Made by a program: the position numbers and the translations under genes
The notes under the pieces: model-generated
What the model saw: only the letters and a program-made list of their open reading frames with translations
What the model was told of the DNA's origin: nothing
The model's database searches: none
Assembly: GCA_043817155.1 (NCBI GenBank)
Contig: JBDRHE010000003.1
Location: 1-55,267, forward strand
Direction of reading: 5' to 3'
From: Candidatus Omnitrophota bacterium
GTDB lineage: Bacteria; Omnitrophota; Gorgyraeia; JABMRN01; RBG-13-46-9
DNA length: 55,267 nucleotides
Part shown: positions 21,875 to 31,769 of the stretch, piece after piece
How the letters are laid out: every line of letters begins with the position of its first letter
How positions within the stretch are numbered: the stretch's first letter is position 1

Positions 21875-22144
21875 CGTCTTTGCGAGGTGCCGTAATACAC
21901 AAGCGCACCGAAGCAATCTCAGACTAGCTCGATGAGATTGCTTCGGCACGTTCGAATATTACGGTGCCTCGCAAAGACGAGGTAAGCTTGAGATTGCTTC
22001 GGCACACTCGAATATTACGGTGCCTCGCAAAGACGAGGGAAGCTGGGATTGTCCCGCCGTTGCTTTCGTATGGCGGGACCCCGCCATGCGAAGCATGCGG
22101 CGGGGTTTCGGCACACTCGGAAAATATCGGTGCCTCGCAAAGAC
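21875..22144. repeat. Family B array (one left arm, three right arms) with nested D
   Basis: Same arms and AGACTAGCTCGAT spacer as at 10.1 kb; D at about 22052-22105. Confidence 0.9.
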
Positions 22145-22159
22145 AAAAAGGTAATAGCA

Positions 22160-22651
22160 ATGAAGTATAAAGGCAAGGCGCACAAGTTCGGGGACAATGT
22201 CAATACAGATGAGATCATTCCGGCGAGGTATCTAAACACAGTGGATCCTGCAGAGCTTGGCAAGCATTGCATGGAAGACGCGGATGAGCATTTTGTAGAG
22301 AAGGTGGAGAGCGGGGATGTAATAGTCGCCGGCAAGAATTTTGGATGCGGATCCTCGAGAGAACATGCGCCTATCGCTATAAAGGCTTGCGGTGTGTCGT
22401 GTGTTATCGCGGAGAGCTTTGCCAGAATATTTTACAGGAATTCTATAAATATCGGTCTTCCTATAATCGTATCAGAGAGTGCAAGCAAAGATATTAAAAA
22501 TAACGACAAGGTGGAGATAGATACCGGGACCGGTAGAATAAGGAATATTTCAAAGAAGAGAGAGTATAAAGCTGAGGCGTATCCGCCTTTCCTGCAGAGC
22601 ATAATCAAAAAAGGCGGATTACTCAATTCTATCGGCAAGAGGAGAGATTAA
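22160..22651 (+). CDS. leuD: 3-isopropylmalate dehydratase small subunit
   Basis: [30 protein letters not shown]. Confidence 0.93.
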   Translation: MKYKGKAHKFGDNVNTDEIIPARYLNTVDPAELGKHCMEDADEHFVEKVESGDVIVAGKNFGCGSSREHAPIAIKACGVSCVIAESFARIFYRNSINIGLPIIVSESASKDIKNNDKVEIDTGTGRIRNISKKREYKAEAYPPFLQSIIKKGGLLNSIGKRRD

Positions 22652-23697
22652 TGCATAAGATCGCAGTTATACCCGGGGATGGAACGGGCCCGGAAGTTGT
22701 AAGGGAGGGACTCAAGGTCCTGAAAGCGGTAGCATCGAAGGCGGGTTTTAAGTATTCTACAGTAATGTATGACCTTGGAGGAGAAAGGTATCTGAAGACA
22801 AAAGAGGTATTGCCGGATTCGTCTTTGGAGGAGCTAATGAAGGCCGATGTCATATATCTTGGCGCTGTGGGACACCCGGACGTTAAACCCGGCATTCTTG
22901 AGAAGGGGCTACTATTGAAGCTCAGGTTTGACCTGGAACAGTACATCAATTTAAGACCCGTTAAGTTATATCCCGGGGTATGGACCCCTCTTAAGGATAA
23001 GGGTCCCGATGACATAGATTTTGTAGTTGTTCGGGAGAACAACGAAGGGCTGTACACCGGCGAAGGAGAGTTCATCAAGAAGGGAACGAGTGACGAGGTT
23101 GCGCTTCAGGTCTCACGCAATACACGCCGCGGAGTTGAGAGGTGCCTGAGATTCGCGTTCGAATATACAAAGAACAGGAATAAGGATAGGAAGCTTACGC
23201 TTTGCGGGAAGACTAATGTCCTTACATATGCCTGGGATCTTTGGGAACGGACATTTTATGAGGTTGCGAAAGATTACCCTGATATTAAGACAGACTATGC
23301 GCATGTTGATGCGACGTGCATGTGGATGGTAAAGAACCCGGAATGGTTCGATGTTATCGTCACAGATAACATGTTCGGTGACATTATAACCGATCTTGGG
23401 GCAATGATACAGGGAGGTATGGGTATAGCTGCGGGTGGCAATATAAATCCCGGAGGCGTCTCCATGTTCGAACCCATAGGTGGATCCGCGCCGAAGTATA
23501 CGGGCAAAAATGTCATCAATCCGCTAGCAGCGATATGCGCGCTTTCGATGCTTCTTGAGAATATTGGCGAATCGAAAGCGTCTTCGATGGTCGAAGATTC
23601 AGTTACTAAGGTTACCACTAAACTTAAGTCCATGGCAGCAGGCAAGATGGGGTACTCGACGAGTGAAGTGGGGGACCTGGTGGTTGAGAATCTTTGA
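22651..23697 (+). CDS. leuB: 3-isopropylmalate dehydrogenase
   Basis: [41 protein letters not shown]; leuCD context. Confidence 0.92.
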   Translation: MHKIAVIPGDGTGPEVVREGLKVLKAVASKAGFKYSTVMYDLGGERYLKTKEVLPDSSLEELMKADVIYLGAVGHPDVKPGILEKGLLLKLRFDLEQYINLRPVKLYPGVWTPLKDKGPDDIDFVVVRENNEGLYTGEGEFIKKGTSDEVALQVSRNTRRGVERCLRFAFEYTKNRNKDRKLTLCGKTNVLTYAWDLWERTFYEVAKDYPDIKTDYAHVDATCMWMVKNPEWFDVIVTDNMFGDIITDLGAMIQGGMGIAAGGNINPGGVSMFEPIGGSAPKYTGKNVINPLAAICALSMLLENIGESKASSMVEDSVTKVTTKLKSMAAGKMGYSTSEVGDLVVENL

Positions 23698-23703
23698 CCA
23701 ACT

Positions 23704-23905
23704 GTCTTTGCGAGGTGCCGTAATGTAACAAGCGCACCGACTTGTCTCTCCGAAGCCACACGCGAAAGCAATGTGGCGAAGGAGGAAGCAATGCTCCACT
23801 CGTCTTTGCGAGGTGCCGTAATACACAAGCGCACCGAAGCAATCTCAAGCTAGCTCGAATGAGATTGCTTCGGCACGCTCGAATTTTCCGGTGCCTCGCA
23901 AAGAC
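23704..23905. repeat. Family B array with an E-like insert in the first left arm
   Basis: Two left arms and one right arm; insert CTTGTCTCTCCGAAGCC..GGCGAAGGAGGA interrupts CCGA^AGCAAT. Confidence 0.9.
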
Positions 23906-23934
23906 GAAGCAGAACGTATAAGGAAGTTCGAATT

Positions 23935-24990
23935 ATGTTAAAAAAACGAGATAAGTATAACGTCGCCATAATGGGCGCGACCGGGGCAGTTGGTGCGCAG
24001 TTCCTCTCCATCCTCGCGGAGAGAAACTTTCCGATAGACAATCTTAGGCTACTGGCTTCCGCGAGATCCAAAGGTAAAAAGATAAGGTATAAGAAGAAGT
24101 CCATACCTGTTGAAATATTGAGCCACGATTCATTTAAAGGGATCGACATTGTACTCTCGAGCGCGGGCGCTTCGAGAAGCCTCGAATTCTTACCGAGCGC
24201 CGTAAAGGCCGGAGCCGTCTGTATCGACAATTCCAGCGCCTTCAGGATGGATAAGGATACCCCGCTTGTAGTTCCTGAAGTTAACCCGCACAAGATCGAG
24301 AGCCATAAAGGCATTATAGCAAATCCCAACTGTTCGACTATTCAGGCAGTCGTTGCCTTATGGCCTATCCACAAGGCCGTGGGGATCAAGAGACTTGTAT
24401 TTTCTACTTATCAATCCGTTTCCGGTGCCGGACAGCAGAAGATACTGGAGATGGAGAAACAGAGCCAGGCCATTGACAAGGTTGTCGATAATTGGATGGT
24501 TGGTAGCCACCGTGTGGACAACTTTCTAATAAAAGAATTTCCCCACCAGATAGCCTTTAACCTTATACCGCAAATCGACGTCTTTCTTAACAATTCGTAT
24601 ACTAAGGAAGAGGAAAAACTTGTTAACGAAACCCGTAAGATAATGGGAGATGAGGGTATAAGGATCACAGCAACTTGCGTAAGGGTGCCGGTCTTCTTCG
24701 CGCATTCCGAGAGCATAAATATCGAGACAGCGAAGGCACTAAGTCCGGATAAGGCAAAGATGCTGCTTTCGAAATCACCCGGGATCAAGGTTATTGACGA
24801 TGTGAAGGGTAGTAGATACCCTATGCCCCTTGATGCTGAAGGTAAGAATGAAGTATTTGTAGGTAGAATTCGCAAGGATGAGTCGGTTGAGCACGGGCTG
24901 AACCTCTGGGTTGTAAGCGACAATCTTCGTAAAGGCGCCGCGCTAAATGCCATACAAATAGCAGAAGTTCTTATTAAGCACGCACAATAA
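23935..24990 (+). CDS. asd: Aspartate-semialdehyde dehydrogenase
   Basis: GATGAVG, DNSSAFRM, NPNCSTIQ, DNLRKGAALN. Confidence 0.96.
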   Translation: MLKKRDKYNVAIMGATGAVGAQFLSILAERNFPIDNLRLLASARSKGKKIRYKKKSIPVEILSHDSFKGIDIVLSSAGASRSLEFLPSAVKAGAVCIDNSSAFRMDKDTPLVVPEVNPHKIESHKGIIANPNCSTIQAVVALWPIHKAVGIKRLVFSTYQSVSGAGQQKILEMEKQSQAIDKVVDNWMVGSHRVDNFLIKEFPHQIAFNLIPQIDVFLNNSYTKEEEKLVNETRKIMGDEGIRITATCVRVPVFFAHSESINIETAKALSPDKAKMLLSKSPGIKVIDDVKGSRYPMPLDAEGKNEVFVGRIRKDESVEHGLNLWVVSDNLRKGAALNAIQIAEVLIKHAQ

Positions 24991-24995
24991 TACTA

Positions 24996-25062
24996 AGTAG
25001 CGAGTAGAGAGTAGCAAGTAGCAAGAAGGACTCTCTCTACTCTCTACTTGCTACTCGCTACT
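24996..25062. repeat. Heptamer inverted-repeat element, AGTAGCG variant
   Basis: AGTAGCG-AGTAGAG-AGTAGCA-AGTAGCA...CTACTCT-CTACTTG-CTACTCG-CTACT; sister copy at 31684-31747. Confidence 0.85.
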
Positions 25063-25075
25063 CACAGAAAAGAAC

Positions 25076-25816
25076 ATGCCAAACATACGCCTTACGATCG
25101 CCTATGACGGTACCAGATACGGCGGTTGGCAAATCCAAAAAAATACAAGAACCATTCAGGGAGAAATAGAAGAAGTTTTAGGCGGACTCTTTAAAGAGAG
25201 GATACGCTTGATAGCGGCAAGCAGGACTGATGCCGGCGTACACGCCAGGATGCAGGTAGCAAATTTTATAATTAAAAGAACGATCGAGCCGAAGAAGATC
25301 AAAGCCGCGCTAAATACCAACCTTCCCAAAGACATCTGTATCATCGATTCTAAAAAGGTAAATTATAATTTCCATTCTCGTTACCATGCTAAGAGCAAGG
25401 TCTATAAATATACGGTGTATATCAACCAAAATGACGACCCTTTCAGGCGCAACTACTATTACAGGGTGCCATATGCGCTTAATATGGCGGGAATGAAAAA
25501 GGCCGCTAACGCATTTCTGGGAAAGCATGATTTTAAATCGTTTCAAGCAAAGTCCGCCCACTCCAAGATAAAGGACACAACAAGAACGATAAAAAGAGTA
25601 ACCATCAAGAAGGAAGGGCTTTTTATAGGCATTGAAATCGAGGCAAATGGTTTTTTGTACAATATGGTTCGTAATATCGTAGGTACATTGATCGAGGTGG
25701 GCAGGGGACGCCTGCCCAAAGATAGCATGAAACGAATAATAGATCTGCGCGATAGGAGAGAGGCAGGGCCTACTGCGCCCGCTAAGGGCCTGACACTTTT
25801 TAAAGTTAAATACTGA
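25076..25816 (+). CDS. truA: tRNA pseudouridine(38-40) synthase
   Basis: YDGTRYGGWQ, SRTDAGVHA, HDFKSF, FLYNMVRNIVG. Confidence 0.96.
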   Translation: MPNIRLTIAYDGTRYGGWQIQKNTRTIQGEIEEVLGGLFKERIRLIAASRTDAGVHARMQVANFIIKRTIEPKKIKAALNTNLPKDICIIDSKKVNYNFHSRYHAKSKVYKYTVYINQNDDPFRRNYYYRVPYALNMAGMKKAANAFLGKHDFKSFQAKSAHSKIKDTTRTIKRVTIKKEGLFIGIEIEANGFLYNMVRNIVGTLIEVGRGRLPKDSMKRIIDLRDRREAGPTAPAKGLTLFKVKY

Positions 25817-25831
25817 AGATAAGGAGCTTCG

Positions 25832-27379
25832 ATGCCAAAAGAGCGGGAGACCTGGAGATCTCATTGGGGGATGCTGGTAGCCATGATCGGTACCGCCATC
25901 GGCCTTGGGAATATATGGAGATTTCCCTATCTTTGCGGAAAATTCGGTGGCGCATCTTTCTTAATACCGTATGTTCTTCTACTTTTTGGCGTTGCTATCT
26001 TCGCCATGATGTGCGAGTGGGTTCTCGGCCGCCACACAAAGAGAGACCCTTTTGGCGCTTTCGATAAGATAAAGTTCCCATTCGGAAAGGACATCGGGGC
26101 GTGGGGTATTATCGGCCCATTCTTTCTCTATTCTTATTATATTGTTATAACGAGCTGGGTCCTATTTTTTATCTTTGCGTCCTTTGAAGGGCTCTATTTT
26201 GGAAAGGATACAGCGCAGTACTTCTCATCATTCCTGGGAAGCAAGTGGATTTTTCTCGCGCATATTATCGCGGTCTGTATTACGAGTACCATTCTTGCTT
26301 CCGGCGTACAGAAAGGTATCGAGAGGGCGTGTAAGATAATGATACCTACGCTCTTTATACTTTTAATCGCTGTTGCGATAAGAAGCGTAACCCTGGAAGG
26401 CGCTTCTGTAGGTATAGAATTTTATATGAGGCCACGCTGGGACGGTTTGCTGAACCCACAAACTTGGATAGCGGCTTTGGGCCAGGTCTTCTTTACTTTA
26501 AGCCTGGGCATGGGAGCGATGCTGATTTACGGTTCTTACATGAAAGATGAATGGGGCATACCGATGAACGCCCTATGCGTTACGCTCGGGAATACCTCCG
26601 CAAGCATCTTAGCAGGTTTTGCCATATTTCCGGCAGCTTTTGCGCTCGGTTTTGGAGAAGTAGTAGGAGGAGCGGAATCCATAGGGCTTACATTCTTTGT
26701 GTTACCGAAGGTATTTGAGGTTATGCCGGGCGGACATCTATTCGGCGGAGTCTTTTTCATTCTGCTGGCATTTGGAGCTATATCCAGCGCTATTAGCATA
26801 CAGGAACCCGCGATCGCTTGGCTTAAGGATGAAGTCGGATGGTCCAGGCGAAAAGGCGCTTACTTTACAGGGATAGTTCTTTGGATCATGGGATTACCGT
26901 TTATCCTTAACGGGTTCGTTAAAGGAGGCATAGGGGACAAATTGGCCCTTCTCTCTAAGATGGATACGATCATCGGCCAGCTGGCTATACCCGTATTTGG
27001 TATATTAGCAATAATAGCTGTCGGTTATTTCATGGGTAATCGCGGTTTTGATGAAATGAACAAGAATGCCAGAATAAAGATAAGCAAGACATGGGTAAAG
27101 TTCTGGGTTAGAGCCGTAGTCCCGCTCTTTGTGGCTCTTATGTTTGTACTCTCGCTTTTACGCATCCTGCAGGAGAACGGTGTGATACCCACTATCATGC
27201 CTATGGGCGATGTCTCTGCCGGTTTCGTTTCGGTCGGCGTAACTCCGCTAACGATCGTGATGACATCATTCATCTGCCTTCTATTTTGGGGTGGCTTTAT
27301 ATATTTTACAGTAAGGGTGCTAACCATCGAGAAGGATAAGAAGAGGAGGGTAAAGCGTGGACTTCACCATTCTAGCTGA
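25832..27379 (+). CDS. Sodium-dependent transporter, NSS/SLC6 family, with a MetS-like C-terminal helix
   Basis: GTAIGLGNIWRFPY, QVFFTLSLGMG, YGSY, many TMs. Confidence 0.92.
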   Translation: MPKERETWRSHWGMLVAMIGTAIGLGNIWRFPYLCGKFGGASFLIPYVLLLFGVAIFAMMCEWVLGRHTKRDPFGAFDKIKFPFGKDIGAWGIIGPFFLYSYYIVITSWVLFFIFASFEGLYFGKDTAQYFSSFLGSKWIFLAHIIAVCITSTILASGVQKGIERACKIMIPTLFILLIAVAIRSVTLEGASVGIEFYMRPRWDGLLNPQTWIAALGQVFFTLSLGMGAMLIYGSYMKDEWGIPMNALCVTLGNTSASILAGFAIFPAAFALGFGEVVGGAESIGLTFFVLPKVFEVMPGGHLFGGVFFILLAFGAISSAISIQEPAIAWLKDEVGWSRRKGAYFTGIVLWIMGLPFILNGFVKGGIGDKLALLSKMDTIIGQLAIPVFGILAIIAVGYFMGNRGFDEMNKNARIKISKTWVKFWVRAVVPLFVALMFVLSLLRILQENGVIPTIMPMGDVSAGFVSVGVTPLTIVMTSFICLLFWGGFIYFTVRVLTIEKDKKRRVKRGLHHSS

Positions 27380-27476
27380 CACAAAATTCGGTTGGACCTT
27401 TATCCTGTCAGAGATAATCCTGCTATATCTCTTTTTCCTATTCATACACCGGGTTATTGATAAGAAGTTAAAGTAA
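27357..27476 (+). CDS. Uncalled 39-aa single-TM small protein (MDFTILADTKFGWTFILSEIILLYLFFLFIHRVIDKKLK)
   Basis: GAGGAGG SD at 27343-27349, GTG start overlapping the NSS gene end, hydrophobic helix followed by a basic tail. Confidence 0.6.
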   Translation: MDFTILADTKFGWTFILSEIILLYLFFLFIHRVIDKKLK

Positions 27477-27550
27477 AGCATTTCTAACCCCCTCTCTCGC
27501 CTCGCACCCCTTCTTTTTTACCTCAGCCTATTGCCTATAAGACATCGTTA

Positions 27551-28362
27551 TAGTAAAAAAGAAGAACAGAATTCATTCCCCAAAGTATGTTTACCTCTTT
27601 ATATTTTACATGACGAAAGGCGATGGGGTGTTCTCCAGGCTCAGCATAAAAGATTATGCAAAGATTCTCTCTTCTTGCCTCTTTATAAGGCGATCGTCGG
27701 TATTTAATGAAATACTGTATGCCAAAATATACGCATACCTAAATTACCGACTCTCACCTTGTAAAGAGACAAAGAGAGAATATTCGCCTAAGGAGAACGC
27801 CCCATTGACTTTCGCGCAATCTGCTTCATACTCATTGATGCAACCTAAAGATAAGCAAAAAAGCTGGGCAGAGATTCTGGAAGCATTTGAAAGATTTTAG
27901 TCTCTTATCTTATGGCTTTAGAGGTTTTCTTTGTAAGAATATTTTCATACAAAAAGGATGGCGCCTATGTTTGAACCCCACACCTTTGGGTGTGGGGTGA
28001 GTTGCGCCTATCCCCTCTAAAGACATAAGAGAAGAGACGGTGACTGCCGGAGGCAGCCAAAAATCTTTCAGCTGACGGAATCTCTGACCAGCTTGCGTTG
28101 GATGTTTTGACCGATGTAATAGATAAGATAGAAGAATCTCGGCATAATAGTTTATGCCGCCCTGTAGAAATTTACCGTTTGTTTGTTAAGGTAAATTTCT
28201 GCAGGGCAAGCGGAAGAATGCATCCCAAAGCAGAGACTTCGGGATTTTGGCTCAGAATACTCTAGCACACTCCAGGCTACTTCATAATCTAGTTGAAGGG
28301 GGCAAGCCACGATTAAGCGCAGCCCACCTTTTGAATTATAACTGACAGAGCCAAATTAATCC
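27551..28362. repeat. Family G composite palindromic element G3 (modules N, M, reversed K, M fragment)
   Basis: N 27556-27597 resembles 3685-3725; M 27623-27805; K 27920-28018; 28121-28157 resembles 8463-8499; closing hairpin 28242-28362. Confidence 0.8.
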
Positions 28363-28391
28363 TTGACATAGCGACGGCAATATGGTATTTT
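28363..28391 (+). promoter_or_regulatory. Putative sigma70 promoter for rplM-rpsI
   Basis: TTGACA-17 bp-TATTTT with TGn. Confidence 0.65.
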
Positions 28392-28413
28392 AACGATTCT
28401 AATTGAGGTATAT

Positions 28414-28842
28414 ATGAAGACGACTTATGTAAGAAATGAAGATGTAAAGAGGAAGTGGCATCTTGTCGATGCAAAGGACAAGATACTCGGAAGACTTGCT
28501 ACTAAGATCGCTACGGTCCTCATGGGTAAACACCGGGCTACCTTTTCGCCGCATGTTGACTCCGGCGACGGAGTGGTTGTTATAAACTGCGAGAAGATCA
28601 AGGTTACGGGTAACAAGCTTAAGGCCAAAGAGTACAAGAGATTCTCCGGTTATCCGAGCGGCCTTAAGATAGAAACGCTCGAGACCGTTCTAAAGAAAAG
28701 GCCTCAAGATGTATTGAAGCATGCTGTGGACGGCATGTTGCCAAAGAACAAACTTGGGCGGAAGATGATAAAAAGACTAAAACTGTGCGTGGGGGATAAA
28801 CATCCACACATAGCCCAAAATCCGAAGGAGCTAAAGATATAA
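28414..28842 (+). CDS. rplM: 50S ribosomal protein L13
   Basis: WHLVDA..LGRLA, GDGVVVIN, GMLPKNKLGR. Confidence 0.98.
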   Translation: MKTTYVRNEDVKRKWHLVDAKDKILGRLATKIATVLMGKHRATFSPHVDSGDGVVVINCEKIKVTGNKLKAKEYKRFSGYPSGLKIETLETVLKKRPQDVLKHAVDGMLPKNKLGRKMIKRLKLCVGDKHPHIAQNPKELKI

Positions 28843-28844
28843 TA

Positions 28845-29261
28845 ATGGTAGAGGCAAAAGAGACGAAGACAAAGAGCGCTACTATAATGACGATCGGTCG
28901 AAGGAAAGAGGCCGGCGCTCGCATCTATCTGCGTGAGGGTGAGGGCAGGATCAGGGTAAACAAGCGTTCTTTTGAGGAGTATTTTCCGAGAGAATCTCAC
29001 AGGCTGATCATTAACCAGCCGATCAAAGCCGCCAATCTTGAAAACAAGCTTGATATTCGCGCGACTATCGACGGCGGTGGAGTCAGCGGACAGGCCGGTG
29101 CGCTAAGACACGCAATAGCCCGCGCGATCGTAAAGCTCGACGAGACCAAAAAGCAGGTTATCAAGAAAGCCGGCTACTTAACGAGGGACGGCAGGGCAAA
29201 AGAGAGGAAAAAATACGGAAGAAAGCGCGCAAGAAAGAGATTCCAGTACTCAAAACGTTAA
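28845..29261 (+). CDS. rpsI: 30S ribosomal protein S9
   Basis: GRRKEA, GGGVSGQAGA, ERKKYG, QYSKR. Confidence 0.98.
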   Translation: MVEAKETKTKSATIMTIGRRKEAGARIYLREGEGRIRVNKRSFEEYFPRESHRLIINQPIKAANLENKLDIRATIDGGGVSGQAGALRHAIARAIVKLDETKKQVIKKAGYLTRDGRAKERKKYGRKRARKRFQYSKR

Positions 29262-29270
29262 TCATCATAT

Positions 29271-29327
29271 AAGAACCTATCCTGTTGTTTTCTCGACGAG
29301 AATAAATATTGACAGGGTAGGTTTTTT
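29271..29327 (+). terminator. Probable rpsI terminator overlapping the argC promoter
   Basis: AACCTATCCTGT...ACAGGGTAGGTT followed by T-run. Confidence 0.6.
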
Positions 29328-29337
29328 GTTTTATAAT
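29309..29337 (+). promoter_or_regulatory. Consensus sigma70 promoter for the arg operon
   Basis: TTGACA-17 bp-TATAAT, perfect consensus. Confidence 0.8.
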
Positions 29338-29390
29338 CAGTGTACTGTTTTTTAAGCAATATATATATTTATATATAGATGGAGGAGAAG

Positions 29391-30419
29391 ATGCTGAAAG
29401 TCGGAGTGATCGGCGCTACCGGATATACGGGTGAAGAGCTTGTTAAGATATTGGTGCGCCATAAAGATGTAAGCTTAACCGTCCTGCAGGCGATCGTTGA
29501 AAAAGATCTGCCGATATCCCGGATAATTCCAAGTCTCGCAAAAGAGACCGATCTCATTTGCAAGAAACCCGACTATAGGGAGGCATCGGAAAAGGCGGAT
29601 CTGTTATTCCTTGCGCTTCCGCACACAGTTTCAATGAACGTAGCCCCGATATTGCTCAAGGCAGGATCGAAGGTCATAGATCTAAGCGCAGACTACAGAT
29701 TGAGCGTAAATGAATATGAGAAGTGGTATGGTACGGGTCATAAGGATAAGTCCAATATCAAAGAGGCTGTATACGGATTGCCGGAACTATTCAGGGACAA
29801 GATAAAGCGAGCCAGGCTGATCGCAAACCCCGGATGTTACCCGACAGGAGCGTCCCTTGCTATAATACCATTGGCAAAGGATGGATTGATAGATACCAAA
29901 AGCGTGATCATCGACGCCAAGAGCGGTGCGACAGGTGCCGGAAGAAAGGCGCACATCTCCCTGATCTTTCCAGAAGTCAACGAGAGTATAAAGGCTTATA
30001 AGATAAACGAACACCAGCACAAGCCGGAAATAAATATGGTAATAAGCAAGGCTGGCGGCGAGAAAGCGGATGTGGTCTTCGTCCCGCACCTTATACCGGT
30101 GAATAGAGGGATACTCTCAACGATATATATGGACCTTTCCCAGAAAGGGATAAAGAAGAAGCTGCGAACAAAGAATCTAGTGGCTCTTTATAGGGAGTTC
30201 TATAAAGGTAAGCCGTTTGTGAACGTCTCAGATGTCGGCAATTTCCCTGCGCTGAAAGACGTGCAACATACCAACTATTGCAACATAGGCGTCAAGAGCC
30301 AAGGGCATAGGATCATTGCTGTAAGCTGCATCGATAATCTCTTAAAGGGCGCGGCCGGTCAGGCCGTGCAGAACATGAATATCATGTGCGGCTTCGACGA
30401 AAAAGAGGGGTTGATCTAG
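29391..30419 (+). CDS. argC: N-acetyl-gamma-glutamyl-phosphate reductase
   Basis: GATGYTG, DLSADYRL, ANPGCYPT, DNLLKGAAGQAVQNMN. Confidence 0.96.
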   Translation: MLKVGVIGATGYTGEELVKILVRHKDVSLTVLQAIVEKDLPISRIIPSLAKETDLICKKPDYREASEKADLLFLALPHTVSMNVAPILLKAGSKVIDLSADYRLSVNEYEKWYGTGHKDKSNIKEAVYGLPELFRDKIKRARLIANPGCYPTGASLAIIPLAKDGLIDTKSVIIDAKSGATGAGRKAHISLIFPEVNESIKAYKINEHQHKPEINMVISKAGGEKADVVFVPHLIPVNRGILSTIYMDLSQKGIKKKLRTKNLVALYREFYKGKPFVNVSDVGNFPALKDVQHTNYCNIGVKSQGHRIIAVSCIDNLLKGAAGQAVQNMNIMCGFDEKEGLI

Positions 30420-30466
30420 GATATACATCTGCGCAATCCTTTTCACTCCGTATAATCAATAAAAAA

Positions 30467-31657
30467 ATGAAGAATACATTACCAAAAGGTTTTCTTGCCA
30501 GCGGTATACACTGTGGCATAAAGAGGTTTAAGAAGGACCTGGCTCTCATCTATTCTAAAAGCGGCTGTAAAGCCGTAGGGGTATTTACGAAGAACAAAGT
30601 TAAAGCAGCCCCGCTTGTGGTTTCGAGATCAATATTGAAAAAGGGAGGCCCCATAAGGGCCGTTGTGGTAAATAGCGGCAATGCCAATTGCTGCACGGGT
30701 TGGTACGGCACAAGAGACGCCAAAAGGATGATAAGCGCCGTTTGCAGGGAGCTAAAGCTAAAATTTAACAATGTTCTTGTTTCGTCTACAGGCGTTATAG
30801 GTAAGAGACTTCCGATAGAATTGATAGAGAAAGGGGTTATCAAGCTCGTCAGGGGACTATCCGCCAAAGGGTTGCTTTCGGCAGCTAATGCGATATTGAC
30901 TACAGATAAGAAGGTCAAGGTCGCATCTGTGAAGATAGATGTAGGGGGTAGAGCGGTTGTCATCTGTGGCATAGCCAAGGGCGCCGGCATGATCGAACCC
31001 AACATGGGAACGATGTTATCATTTATCATGACAGACGCCCGGATCGATAAGGACGCCCTCAAATTTGCGCTAAGAACATCTTGCGATGGCTCATTCAATT
31101 CCATAACGATCGATGGGGACATGAGCACCAACGATATGGTACTACTTATGGCCAGCGGCGCTGCCAATAATCACACGATCAAACGAAGGACGAAGGAATT
31201 CCGGGCATTCCTGGGGGCCATTAAGAAGATAACTTACAAACTGGCCAAGAGCATAGTTGAGGATGGCGAAGGGGCAACGAAATTTGTAGCCGTTAATGTA
31301 AACAGCGCAAGAAGTCAGAACGAAGCCCGCAAACTGGCCAGGCGGGTAGCGAATTCATGTTTGGTGAAGACCAGCATACACGGGGAGAATCCCAATTGGG
31401 GCAGGATAGCCGCATCTGTAGGCGCGAGCAAGATAAAAGGTTTAAAGCCTAACAAGTTTGAGATCTGTTTAGATGGCGTTTGCGTATTCAGAAATGGGAA
31501 GTTCAACACGTCTTCTTCCGGGAAGCTTTCCAGGATATACAAAAGAAGGAACGTTGAAATTACGGTGAATCTGAACCTCGGCAAGGAGAGAGCTACGATA
31601 TGGACGTGCGACCTGTCGAAGAGATATGTCGAGATCAACTCTCATTACATGACCTAG
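30467..31657 (+). CDS. argJ: Ornithine acetyltransferase / N-acetylglutamate synthase
   Basis: NSGNANCCTG, STGVIG, KGAGMIEPNMGTML, DMSTND, DGEGATK. Confidence 0.95.
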   Translation: MKNTLPKGFLASGIHCGIKRFKKDLALIYSKSGCKAVGVFTKNKVKAAPLVVSRSILKKGGPIRAVVVNSGNANCCTGWYGTRDAKRMISAVCRELKLKFNNVLVSSTGVIGKRLPIELIEKGVIKLVRGLSAKGLLSAANAILTTDKKVKVASVKIDVGGRAVVICGIAKGAGMIEPNMGTMLSFIMTDARIDKDALKFALRTSCDGSFNSITIDGDMSTNDMVLLMASGAANNHTIKRRTKEFRAFLGAIKKITYKLAKSIVEDGEGATKFVAVNVNSARSQNEARKLARRVANSCLVKTSIHGENPNWGRIAASVGASKIKGLKPNKFEICLDGVCVFRNGKFNTSSSGKLSRIYKRRNVEITVNLNLGKERATIWTCDLSKRYVEINSHYMT

Positions 31658-31683
31658 TGATGCTAATCATGGAAGAAAAACAG

Positions 31684-31747
31684 AGTAGCGAGAAGAGAGT
31701 AGCAAGTAGCGAGAGTTCTCTCTACTCTCTACTTGCTACTCGCTACT
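31684..31747. repeat. Heptamer inverted-repeat element, AGTAGCG variant
   Basis: Right arm identical to that of 24996-25062. Confidence 0.85.
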
Positions 31748-31769
31748 TACGCTATTTTAAGGAAAAAAG

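Noticed and set aside
21924-22335. Short ORFs with recurring [14 protein letters not shown] / RLCEAP peptides (also near 10.1 and 23.6-23.9 kb)
   Set aside because: They are translations of family B repeats, not a protein family.
27610-27900. 96-aa ORF sharing LSPCKETK with the 8324-8512 ORF (also ORFs at 3768, 50911 and 51564)
   Set aside because: They lie in palindromic G modules; frames and starts are not conserved between copies and no SD is evident.
27551-28362. Ribosomal-protein L13 leader or riboswitch
   Set aside because: It lies upstream of the predicted rplM promoter, its modules recur next to unrelated genes, and I recognised no riboswitch consensus.
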